From Clostridia bacterium (GTDB lineage Bacteria > Bacillota > Clostridia > Oscillospirales > CAG-272): a stretch of DNA of 64,000 nucleotides. The translations under genes were made by a program, and so were the position numbers. Under the pieces are notes generated by a model. It did not search any database, was not told the origin of the DNA, and saw nothing but the letters and a program-made list of their open reading frames with translations. Shown here one piece after another: positions 49,957-58,269 of this stretch (the first letter of the stretch is position 1; each line of letters begins with the position of its first letter). The stretch is from positions 17,106 to 81,105 of the forward strand of contig JAFXGC010000182.1 of the NCBI GenBank assembly GCA_017513325.1, read 5' to 3'.

Positions 49957-51005
49957 TTTCTCTTTGCTCCCGTTTTTGAAGGAATGGTGCAGATAAGGCG
50001 CTCAAGCGCGATATAATCAAGACGTGATGTTTTCATGAGCACGTCTGCCTCACGGCAACGGTCTGCTGCGGCACGAAGTCTTGCAGTTTCCGTGTTTCGC
50101 ACAGCGTCCATATAAAGCCCTGCGCGATATTCGTGTATCCTGAGTTTTTTGGCAATTTCTGATTTATCGCATCCGTTTGTCATAAGCAATGAAACGTTGA
50201 GCATATCACACATCGCTTTTGAAACGCTGCCAAGCACCATAGGCGCTTTCTCCTGTCTGCGCTTACAGGCTGCAAGCTCTGAAAGAGCTTTTCTTCTGTC
50301 TACGTTCATAATCGCGTTTGCAAGGGCAAAAGCATTGTCCTCATCGTTTGCAATGGTTATTTCCGAAACAAGATCGTACGTTACACTTCCTAGATTTCTT
50401 GAAAGTGCAGCGGATGCCAGCTTATCAAGCTCTCCCGAAAGGCTGAACATATCCTTTCCGCAGCGCTCGATTATATATTCGGAGGTGCTGTTGTCTATAG
50501 AAATATTGTCACGCGAAAATCTTCTGGTTATCCATTTTTTTAGCTCAGATGGAGTCTGGGCGCAAAAATCAACGGGACTAAATATATTGGAATATATCTT
50601 ATATCCTTCGGAGGCTTTGTTTCTTGCATAATTGCCGGCGTCAAAGCTGTCTCCCGTGGCAACAAGAAGAAATACTGTGCTTTCTGCATCAAAAGATGAA
50701 AAAAGATCGGCAAACTCTCTGTGATCCTTGATCTTTTTGAAATCACAGTAAAGCTCAACGAGTGTTTTATCTGCCATCATTGGAACTGACGCAAGGGCGC
50801 TCTCCAGTTCTTCTACACTGCATTCGCCCCATTTCAGCACGTAATGGTTGAATGCTGCCATCGTTTCATCTTCTCCAAGCACTGCCCGTCGCACTCGTCC
50901 AATATAGAATTTTATAAGATATTCTTCACTGCCAAAAAAGAAATAACTGCCGCTTATCCCTTTCTTTAACTCTGAAACAAATTCGTTGACCGTCATCACC
51001 TTCAC
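49953..51005 (-). CDS. holA: DNA polymerase III subunit delta
   Basis: 350 aa. The N-terminal YFFFGSEEYLI pattern and the length are typical of HolA. Confidence 0.75.
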   Translation of the reverse strand: MKVMTVNEFVSELKKGISGSYFFFGSEEYLIKFYIGRVRRAVLGEDETMAAFNHYVLKWGECSVEELESALASVPMMADKTLVELYCDFKKIKDHREFADLFSSFDAESTVFLLVATGDSFDAGNYARNKASEGYKIYSNIFSPVDFCAQTPSELKKWITRRFSRDNISIDNSTSEYIIERCGKDMFSLSGELDKLASAALSRNLGSVTYDLVSEITIANDEDNAFALANAIMNVDRRKALSELAACKRRQEKAPMVLGSVSKAMCDMLNVSLLMTNGCDKSEIAKKLRIHEYRAGLYMDAVRNTETARLRAAADRCREADVLMKTSRLDYIALERLICTIPSKTGAKRK

Positions 51006-51031
51006 CTCCTGATTTCAAGAATAGATATAAG

Positions 51032-51233
51032 TGATAATCTATCAAGAGATACTCGGGAGGACCTTTTGAGGAAAGGTCCCTCCCGAACCCTCCCCAAACC
51101 TTTTCGCAGAAAATCATTTTCCACCCCTTTTTATAGGGGTGGGAAAATGATCCTGTGCAAAGAGGTTTTGAGGGGGTCCAGGGGGAACTTTTCCTTAAAA
51201 AGTTCCCCTTGGGGATCCCTTGATAAATTATCA
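51032..51233. repeat. nested-palindrome intergenic element, family 1, copy 3
   Basis: Outer inverted repeat TGATAATCTATCAAGAGAT (51032-51050) against ATCCCTTGATAAATTATCA (51215-51233). The arm hairpins and central hairpin (51114-51150) are homologous to copies 1 and 2. Confidence 0.8.
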
Positions 51234-51234
51234 T

Positions 51235-51786
51235 TTATCTTTTTTTGACATTGAATGTCATTTTAGTTCTTTGGGCGGTCATACCTTTAAGTTCGACTGC
51301 GTAATCGAGGGCAATAGAGCCGCCGTTTTCTGTCATATTATTAACAACTTTAATACCGCGCACGCACATTTCCAGGGGGCCATAAGGAGTTCTGTAAACA
51401 CTATAGTGGCGCACGCCTTCTTCGATAACGAAGGAATGGCTCATCTGGCCGTATCTGATAATGGACACGATACCTTTCTGATCATTATCAAAGGAAACGG
51501 AAGTGAGCCAGGGAGGTAGCCCTTCAGCGCCCTCCATATATCTGACGTCGGTTCTTCCGTTTGAAACGGATATTTCACCCTCGCATATCATTTCAAAGCT
51601 TTCATCATTTGACTGCGGCTGAGGCTCCATATCATTTTCAACTGCAAGTGTTTCGAAGAAAGCATCAAAGAGGCTGTCATCGCCCTCAGTTGCATCAAAC
51701 TGAGCGGAGCTTATTTTAATGATAGCGTTAGGGGATATATTATTATCCATTCTGGGTTCATATTCATAGTTAGGCATAAAAATCAA
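51235..51786 (-). CDS. DUF1934 (YwiB-like beta-barrel) protein
   Basis: 183 aa with a C-terminal pattern YRTPYGPLEMCVRGIKV...GGSIALDYAVEL typical of DUF1934. Confidence 0.65.
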   Translation of the reverse strand: MIFMPNYEYEPRMDNNISPNAIIKISSAQFDATEGDDSLFDAFFETLAVENDMEPQPQSNDESFEMICEGEISVSNGRTDVRYMEGAEGLPPWLTSVSFDNDQKGIVSIIRYGQMSHSFVIEEGVRHYSVYRTPYGPLEMCVRGIKVVNNMTENGGSIALDYAVELKGMTAQRTKMTFNVKKR

Positions 51787-51850
51787 CTTATCCTTTTATT
51801 TAAAGAAGCAGCCGGAGGTGAAACCGCCGGCTGCCGCAGCTTTTTAGAGA

Positions 51851-52609
51851 TTATTTCTCAAAGAAATCAAGCTCGTCATCAGAAACGAACTGATCGCCAA
51901 CGCAGGGAGCATAGTTGATCTTCTGATAACCTGTTTCCTTGGGAGCAGCCCAACGGATAGCATTTGCAAGAATCTTCTGAACGTACTTGTTATAGAATGT
52001 AGGAACTGTTTCGTGACCGGGCTGGAAGTAGAATACCTTACCGAAGCCGCGTGTCCAGCAGCAGCCGCTGCGGAATACGAAACCTGTTTCGTACCAGCCC
52101 TGGAATACCTGTTCTTCAGGCTGAGGGATCTGGAAGGGCTCAGAGTAGATTTCTTCAGCATCAAGCTTGAAGTGAGAAGGGATACCTTCTGCGATGGGGT
52201 GAGTGGGGTTGATGTTCCAGATGATCTCCTTAACATTTGCACCCCAGAGGAGGTTACCTGTTGTGCCAACAACTCTCTGGAAAACCTTGGAGTAGTGGCC
52301 GGAGTGCATAACGATAAGACCCATACCCATATAAACTCTTTCGCGAACCTTTTCAACGATATCATCGTTTACTTCGTGATGAGCCATATGTCCCCACCAC
52401 ATAAGAACGTCTGTGTTGTTAAGAACATCGTCTGTGAGGCCGTGCTCAGGGCCATCGTCAAGAGCTGCAAGAGTGATCTTCACTTCGTCGCATTCAAGAA
52501 CGCTCTTAAGATATGCGTGAAGTCCGTCAGGATAAAGTGCTTTAACTTCGTCAACTGTTTTTTCGTGTCTGAATTCGTTCCAGATAGTTACATTAATAAC
52601 CTTGCTCAT
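51851..52609 (-). CDS. ThuA-domain (trehalose utilisation-like) protein
   Basis: 252 aa with VTIWNEFRHEK...VLMWWGHMAHHEV...GWYETGFVFRSG, as in ThuA family proteins. Confidence 0.75.
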   Translation of the reverse strand: MSKVINVTIWNEFRHEKTVDEVKALYPDGLHAYLKSVLECDEVKITLAALDDGPEHGLTDDVLNNTDVLMWWGHMAHHEVNDDIVEKVRERVYMGMGLIVMHSGHYSKVFQRVVGTTGNLLWGANVKEIIWNINPTHPIAEGIPSHFKLDAEEIYSEPFQIPQPEEQVFQGWYETGFVFRSGCCWTRGFGKVFYFQPGHETVPTFYNKYVQKILANAIRWAAPKETGYQKINYAPCVGDQFVSDDELDFFEK

Positions 52610-52742
52610 TGGTGAATCCTCCGTTTATGTAGCCATATCGGCATTATTTTCTACGTTAATGATATCACAAGCCCGTTGCTTTTTCAATAGGTAAATTAAT
52701 CAGATAAGGCATTTTTCTTATGAGAATACACAGAATATTAAT

Positions 52743-52771
52743 TTGACAAAAGCATATAGCGGTGTTATACT
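52743..52771 (+). promoter_or_regulatory. sigma-A promoter of glf
   Basis: TTGACA (52743-52748), 17 nt, then TATACT (52766-52771). Confidence 0.6.
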
Positions 52772-52798
52772 TTTATTAATGAAAGGAAGGGCTTTTTT

Positions 52799-53896
52799 AT
52801 GTACGACTATCTGATTGTTGGCGCGGGACTTTTCGGCGCCGTTTTTGCAAGAGAAGCAACTGACCACGGCAAAAAATGTCTTGTTATAGACAAAAGAGAC
52901 CATATCGGCGGAAATATCTACACAAAGGAGATCGAGGGCATAAACGTTCATATGTACGGCGCCCATATTTTCCACACTTCAAACAAAAAGGTTTGGGACT
53001 ATGTGAACCGTTTTGCAACCTTTAACCGTTATACAAACAGTCCCGTTGCATATTATAAGGGCGAGGTATACAATATGCCCTTCAACATGAACACCTTCAG
53101 CCGTCTTTGGGGTGTTTTCACTCCCGCCGAGGCAAAAGCTAAAATCGAAGAACAGGTGAGAGAAGCTGGCATAACCGAACCTCAGAATCTTGAAGAACAG
53201 GCTATATCCCTCGTTGGCCGCGACATTTATGAAAAGCTTGTTTGCGGATATACTGAAAAGCAGTGGGGCAGAAGAGCGAAGGAGCTTCCATCCTTTATCA
53301 TCAAGCGTCTTCCCGTGCGTTTCACTTATGACAATAACTATTTCAACGATAAATATCAGGGCATTCCCGAAGGCGGATATACAAAAATGGTTGAGGCACT
53401 GCTTGAAGGCATAGACGTTCAGCTTTCCTGCGACTATTTCAGCGACCGTGAAAAGTTTAATTCTATGGCAAAAAAAGTGCTTTTCACAGGTATGATCGAC
53501 GAATATTATAACTATGTGTACGGTGAGCTTGAATACAGAAGTCTCCGCTTTGAAAGCGAAGTGCTTGACTGCGATAACTATCAGGGCAACGCCGTTGTGA
53601 ACTACACAGAATATGAAGTGCCTTACACAAGAATCATCGAGCATAAGCATTTTGAATTCGGCACTCAGGAGAAAACCGTTATCACACGCGAATATCCCGC
53701 AACGTGGAAAAAGGGCGACGAGCCTTATTACCCCATGAACGATGATAAGAACAACGAACTCTACAAAAAATACAAAGCTTTGGGTGATAGCGAAGAAAAC
53801 GTTATTTTCGGCGGTAGACTTGGTATGTATAAATATTTTGATATGCACCATATCGTCGATGAAGCGCTGAAGCTGGCAGAAAATGAATTGGAATAA
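52799..53896 (+). CDS. glf: UDP-galactopyranose mutase
   Basis: 365 aa with the FAD fold YDYLIVGAGLFGAVFA and a length typical of Glf. Confidence 0.9.
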   Translation: MYDYLIVGAGLFGAVFAREATDHGKKCLVIDKRDHIGGNIYTKEIEGINVHMYGAHIFHTSNKKVWDYVNRFATFNRYTNSPVAYYKGEVYNMPFNMNTFSRLWGVFTPAEAKAKIEEQVREAGITEPQNLEEQAISLVGRDIYEKLVCGYTEKQWGRRAKELPSFIIKRLPVRFTYDNNYFNDKYQGIPEGGYTKMVEALLEGIDVQLSCDYFSDREKFNSMAKKVLFTGMIDEYYNYVYGELEYRSLRFESEVLDCDNYQGNAVVNYTEYEVPYTRIIEHKHFEFGTQEKTVITREYPATWKKGDEPYYPMNDDKNNELYKKYKALGDSEENVIFGGRLGMYKYFDMHHIVDEALKLAENELE

Positions 53897-53898
53897 AT

Positions 53899-54597
53899 AT
53901 GGAAAACAGATGTGAGGAATTTTTAAACCTGTATCGTGACCTTGAGGAGCATCTTGCCGCCCAGGCAGGAGGCAGCCGTTCAGGTCTTGTGCAGGATTTT
54001 GCCGCAAAAGAAGGCAGCAGATATCGTGAGGAGCTGGACGTTTTCAGAGAGACACGAAATCTGCTTTCTCACCATGGAAAAATCGGCGGAGAATATATAG
54101 TTGAGCCTTCCGAGGCGGCAATTGCAAAGCTTGCCGAAATTCTGGAATTTGCAAAAAATCCTCCCGCAGCAATGGAGGCGGCTGTTCCCACCAGAGAGCT
54201 TTTCTGCGCAGATTATAACGACAGCGTTGCAAAAATTGCGGAAATTATGGAAAAACGCGGATTTTCCCACGTTCCCGTGCTGGACGGAAGAGGAATACTT
54301 GTGGGCGTTTTCAGCGTAGGCACCCTTTTCACGTTTCTCAGAAGTGGAGAGTCAAAGGATGCAAGGCAGCTGAAAATAGGCGATCTGAAAGAATTTATCC
54401 GCCCGGAGCGCCATTCAACCGAACAGTTTGCCTTTGTGGACAGAAATGCAACCTGCCATAAGATAAAAGAATTATTTAATCACGAAGGCCCCGAGGTACG
54501 TCGAGTTGCAGCTGTTTTCGTTACTCAAAACGGCAAAAAAAACACTGCTCTGCTTGGCATGATAACCCCTTGGGATATAATGAAAATATCAAAATGA
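53899..54597 (+). CDS. CBS-pair protein with an N-terminal HEPN-like (RNxxxH) helical domain
   Basis: 232 aa. The C-terminal half has two CBS repeats (VAKIAEIMEKRGFSHVPVLD..., ...LLGMITPWDIMK). The N-terminal ~95 aa are helical and carry FRETRNLLSHH. Confidence 0.6.
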   Translation: MENRCEEFLNLYRDLEEHLAAQAGGSRSGLVQDFAAKEGSRYREELDVFRETRNLLSHHGKIGGEYIVEPSEAAIAKLAEILEFAKNPPAAMEAAVPTRELFCADYNDSVAKIAEIMEKRGFSHVPVLDGRGILVGVFSVGTLFTFLRSGESKDARQLKIGDLKEFIRPERHSTEQFAFVDRNATCHKIKELFNHEGPEVRRVAAVFVTQNGKKNTALLGMITPWDIMKISK

Positions 54598-55127
54598 ACA
54601 AATCTAAAACTTTAAAACAAACAGTAAGAGCTGCGCTTTGCGCAGCTCTTATAGCAGTTTCTTCTTTTATAATCATTCCCCTGTCAGCCGTACCTGTGAC
54701 GTTGCAGACTTTCACCGTTTGCGTCACTGCCGCGCTTCTGGGACTAAAATGGGGAGTTGTTTCCGTTTCGGTCTATATACTTCTCGGTGCGGCAGGACTT
54801 CCCGTTTTTTCGGGATTCGGCGGAGGAATCGGCGTGCTTATGGGTGCCGGCGGCGGATTTATATGGGGATTTTTAATTATGGCAGTTATAGTGGGATTTG
54901 TTTCCGACAAATTTGGCTCTGACATAATTAAAATGATAATAGCAATGGCTGTGGGAACAGTTGGTTGCTATATCGCAGGAATTTTGTGGTATATTTTGGT
55001 GTATTCAGGAGGAGAGGGCATAATGGCGGTACTTTCTGTCTGCGTTTTTCCCTTCATCCTGCCCGATGCTGTAAAAATAATCGCCGCCGCAACTATTGTT
55101 TCAAGATTGAAGAAAAGATTGAATTGA
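54594..55127 (+). CDS. bioY: biotin transporter BioY (ECF S-component)
   Basis: Typical BioY pattern IPLSAVPVTLQTF...GLPVFSGFGGGIGVLMGAGGGFIWGF. ATG 54594 overlaps the previous stop. Confidence 0.85.
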   Translation: MNKSKTLKQTVRAALCAALIAVSSFIIIPLSAVPVTLQTFTVCVTAALLGLKWGVVSVSVYILLGAAGLPVFSGFGGGIGVLMGAGGGFIWGFLIMAVIVGFVSDKFGSDIIKMIIAMAVGTVGCYIAGILWYILVYSGGEGIMAVLSVCVFPFILPDAVKIIAAATIVSRLKKRLN

Positions 55128-55138
55128 TTAGGAATAAA

Positions 55139-55326
55139 AACCTTCCCCAGCGGGGAAGGGGGACCGCTTGCGGTGGATGAGGAGAGCATTTATCGATATA
55201 TTCCATCTTGTTGTATCGAATGATGACAATAATATATGTAACAAACAAGCTATCAACCTTCGCATAAACTTATAAGTGTCCTCCTCATCCACCGCAAGCG
55301 GTCCCCCTTCTCCGCTGGAGAAGGTT
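55139..55326. repeat. 188-bp element with 46-bp terminal inverted repeats (MITE-like)
   Basis: AACCTTCCCCAGCGGGGAAGGGGGACCGCTTGCGGTGGATGAGGAG (55139-55184) matches the complement of 55281-55326 with two mismatches. The 96-bp core is AT-rich. ATAAA lies directly outside both ends. Confidence 0.8.
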
Positions 55327-55362
55327 ATAAAAAAGAGCTATCGCGCGATAGCTCTTTTTTTT
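55327..55362 (-). terminator. bidirectional terminator (aroF side)
   Basis: agagctatcgc (55334-55344) pairs with gcgatagctct (55345-55355), with an A run upstream and a T run downstream. Confidence 0.7.
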
Positions 55363-55369
55363 ACAATAA

Positions 55370-56401
55370 TTAAATAAGGTCTGCAATATCGAGAACGAGA
55401 CGTTCTGTCTTTTCCCAGCCGATGCAGGGGTCGGTGATGGATTTTCCGTAAACACCTTCGCCGATCTTCTGATTTCCGTCTTCAATATAGGATTCGATCA
55501 TAAAGCCCTTAACGTAGCTCTTGATATCAGCGCTGTGGCGGCAAGCATGGAGAACTTCTTTACAGATTCTCTCCTGCTCATTATATTTCTTGCCGGAGTT
55601 TGCATGGTTGGAGTCCACGATAAGTGCCATATTTGCAAGACCCTTTGCCTTATATGCCGTGTAGAGATTTGCAAGGTCTTCATAGTGGTAATTAGGCAGA
55701 GAATGACCGTAGTTATCAACATATCCTCTGAGGATGGCGTGGGCAAGCTCGTTACCCTCTGTTTCAACTTCCCAACCTCTGTAGATAAATGAATGTTTAT
55801 GCTGAGCAGCCATAATGGAGTTGAGCATAACGGAAACATCTCCGCAAGGGGGATTTGTCATACCAACGGGGATGTCGATACCGCTGGACGTGAGTCTGTG
55901 CTCCTGATTTTCAACACTGCGCGCGCCGATTGCAACGTAGGAGAGCAAATCGGAAAGATATCTGTAGTTATCGGGATAGAGCATTTCATCAGCTGTTGAA
56001 AGTCCTGTTTCCTTGAGCACTGTTGTGTGTAGGCGTCTTATTGCGATGATTCCTTCAAGAATATCAGGCTCTGCCTCGGGATCGGGCTGATGAACCATTC
56101 CCTTATATCCGTCGCCTGTGGTTCGGGGCTTGTTTGTATAAACTCGGGGAATGATCACAATTTTATCTGCAACCTTTTCCTGCAGTTTTGCAAGACGGGA
56201 TGAATAATCAAGAACTGCATCTTCTCTGTCAGCAGAGCAGGGGCCGATAACAAGCACCATTTTATCAATTTCGCTTTTAAACACCTTAGCGATCTCTTCA
56301 TCGCGTGCTGCTTTTATCTTAGCAAGCTCTTCCGTTACGGGATACTGTTCCTTGATCTCCTTTGGAACAGGAAGTTTTCTCTTGAAGTTCATATTTTTCA
56401 T
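55370..56401 (-). CDS. aroF: 3-deoxy-7-phosphoheptulose (DAHP) synthase
   Basis: 343 aa. Motifs LVIGPCS, KPRT and the DxxHxN-type region VDSNHANSGK are typical of class I DAHP synthases. Confidence 0.85.
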   Translation of the reverse strand: MKNMNFKRKLPVPKEIKEQYPVTEELAKIKAARDEEIAKVFKSEIDKMVLVIGPCSADREDAVLDYSSRLAKLQEKVADKIVIIPRVYTNKPRTTGDGYKGMVHQPDPEAEPDILEGIIAIRRLHTTVLKETGLSTADEMLYPDNYRYLSDLLSYVAIGARSVENQEHRLTSSGIDIPVGMTNPPCGDVSVMLNSIMAAQHKHSFIYRGWEVETEGNELAHAILRGYVDNYGHSLPNYHYEDLANLYTAYKAKGLANMALIVDSNHANSGKKYNEQERICKEVLHACRHSADIKSYVKGFMIESYIEDGNQKIGEGVYGKSITDPCIGWEKTERLVLDIADLI

Positions 56402-56600
56402 TGTTTGTGACCAAGCCTTTCTTATAGGGGATGTGCTATATATACGCGTATAGAATATTCATCCGATTTTAGAATGAATTTGGATTTATTATACTCGCTT
56501 TTTGCCTTTAAAACAATAAAGCGACCGCAAAAAAACTATTTTTGTAACATCCGTCAAAATATGAACATCTCACTTGGCACAAATAACAAATAAAAAATCC

Positions 56601-56810
56601 GCCGAACGGCGACCTGCGGTAAAGCAGGTCAGCCGAACGATGTTTGCCCTTGCGGGCAAGTGATGTTGCCTGCGCAGTGATGTTTACTGCGTAAGTGATG
56701 TTACGCCTGACGGCGTAGTGGGCAAACATCACATCACCGGCGACCAACGGACGCAGCATCACTATGAGCAAAGCGAATAACATCACTTTTGCGTAAGCAA
56801 AAACATCACT
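56601..56810 (+). repeat. phased 9-mer / variable-hairpin array, copy B (GTGATGT variant)
   Basis: AGTGATGTT at 56659, 56676 and 56694. Its complement AACATCAC(T) is at 56725, 56779 and 56802, plus shorter ATCAC copies. Small hairpins lie between them. An 11-bp long-range complement pairs gatgtttgccc (56639-56649) with gggcaaacatc (56720-56730). Confidence 0.8.
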
Positions 56811-56872
56811 CATTTATTACCCGAACGTAAAATATGGTATACCACACTATACCGTGAATGCAAAATAACGTG

Positions 56873-56899
56873 TAAAAAAGGACGAGAAACTCTCGTCCT
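56873..56899 (-). terminator. lysA terminator
   Basis: aggacgaga (56879-56887) pairs with tctcgtcct (56891-56899). A U run follows on the minus strand. Confidence 0.7.
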
Positions 56900-56952
56900 T
56901 TTGACTTTTTTATAATACTGCTTTATGAAAGGTGTCTCAAACGGATTTTTTA

Positions 56953-58263
56953 TTACATATCGTTTCTGCAAAGATCTTCATACGTTTCGCGTCTGACAGC
57001 AACATAGCTTTCACCATCCTTGACCATAACAACGGCAGGTCGGGGAAGACGGTTATAATTTGACGCCATGGAATAGTTATACGCACCTGTTACAAGCACG
57101 GCCATTGTGTCTCCGCGCTGAGCCTTGGGAAGCTTAACGTCTTCCTGAATAAGATCTCCGCTTTCGCAGCAGCGGCCTGCAACTGTTGCTGTGATCTCTG
57201 CTTTATCTGCCGCCTTGTTTGCAAGGAGAACGGAATAGTCGGATTCATAGAGCGCATATCTGGGATTATCGGGCATTCCGCCGTCGATTGAAACGTAGCT
57301 CTTATATCCCGTGATGGTTTTAACAGAGCCAACAGTATAGAGTGTAAGTCCGCTGTCGGCAACGATGCTTCTACCCGGCTCCATAAGGATGCAGGGCTGA
57401 TTGATGCCAAGCTCTGCGCACATTTTCTTTATTTCACCTGCAAGGCCCTTGATGTTTGCCTCGTAGTCGATTTGAGGATCGCTTTCAACGTAGCGAACAC
57501 CGAATCCGCCGCCAAGATTGAGAACGGGAACCTCATATCCACATTCATCCTTAACAGCTTTGATAAAACGGAGCATAATTTCTGCCGCATCGGAGAAGGA
57601 TTCATATTCAAAGATCTGTGAGCCTATGTGGCAATGGAAGCCTTCAAGCTCTATATTGGCAAGAGACAAAGTGTACTTAACTATCTCCATCGCCTGACCT
57701 GTTTCAATAGCTGTTCCGAACTTGGAATCCACTTTGCCTGTGGAGATCTTTGCCTGAGTGTGAGGGTCAATTCCGGGAGTGAGACGGAGAATAACCTTCT
57801 GGCAAATCCCCTTTTCCCCTGCAATTCTCGAAATAGCATCAAGCTCCTCACGGTTATCTGCAATAAAATGGCCCACTCCGGAGTCTATAGCAAACTCTAT
57901 ATCCGCATCAGTTTTATTATTTCCGTGGAAATAAGAGTTTTCAAGGGGGAAGCCTGCCATTTTTGCTGTGTAAAGTTCTCCGGGAGAAACAAGGTCGGTC
58001 GCCATACCTTCTTCAGCGATTATGGAATAAAGGCGTTTGAAGCAGCAAGCCTTGCTGGCAAAGAGGGGACGTGAAATCTCTCCCATATATTTTTTCATTG
58101 CATTGATATACACTCTTGCATTATGGCGGATCCTCTCCTCGTCCATAACGTAAAGAGGAGTTCCGTATTTTTCTGCAAGAGAAACTGTGTCCACCCCTGC
58201 AATTTCAAGATGGTTTTTTTCGTTTATTGAAAGATTTTCGTGAAGCATATTATAAACTTCCAA
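56953..58263 (-). CDS. lysA: diaminopimelate decarboxylase
   Basis: 436 aa with the fold-III PLP decarboxylase motifs FASKAC, HCHIGSQ, GGGFGV and CESGD. Confidence 0.95.
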   Translation of the reverse strand: MEVYNMLHENLSINEKNHLEIAGVDTVSLAEKYGTPLYVMDEERIRHNARVYINAMKKYMGEISRPLFASKACCFKRLYSIIAEEGMATDLVSPGELYTAKMAGFPLENSYFHGNNKTDADIEFAIDSGVGHFIADNREELDAISRIAGEKGICQKVILRLTPGIDPHTQAKISTGKVDSKFGTAIETGQAMEIVKYTLSLANIELEGFHCHIGSQIFEYESFSDAAEIMLRFIKAVKDECGYEVPVLNLGGGFGVRYVESDPQIDYEANIKGLAGEIKKMCAELGINQPCILMEPGRSIVADSGLTLYTVGSVKTITGYKSYVSIDGGMPDNPRYALYESDYSVLLANKAADKAEITATVAGRCCESGDLIQEDVKLPKAQRGDTMAVLVTGAYNYSMASNYNRLPRPAVVMVKDGESYVAVRRETYEDLCRNDM

Positions 58264-58269
58264 TCAGTT

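Noticed and set aside
52979-54007. 342-aa minus-strand ORF
   Set aside because: It is antisense to glf (clear FAD-binding motif on the plus strand), so it is a shadow ORF.
55185-55280. Invertible promoter (inverton) between the 46-bp inverted repeats
   Set aside because: I could not find a convincing -35/-10 pair with proper spacing in either orientation. Both flanking genes converge on the element, so a switchable promoter would drive only antisense RNA. No invertase is nearby. It is kept as an alternative in the finding but not called.
56508-56813. 101-aa ORF on the minus strand
   Set aside because: It coincides exactly with the 9-mer/hairpin array (copy B). Its odd periodic peptide (DVF..VMLFA..DVMFA..NITYAVNIT) is just the repeats translated, and there is no RBS.
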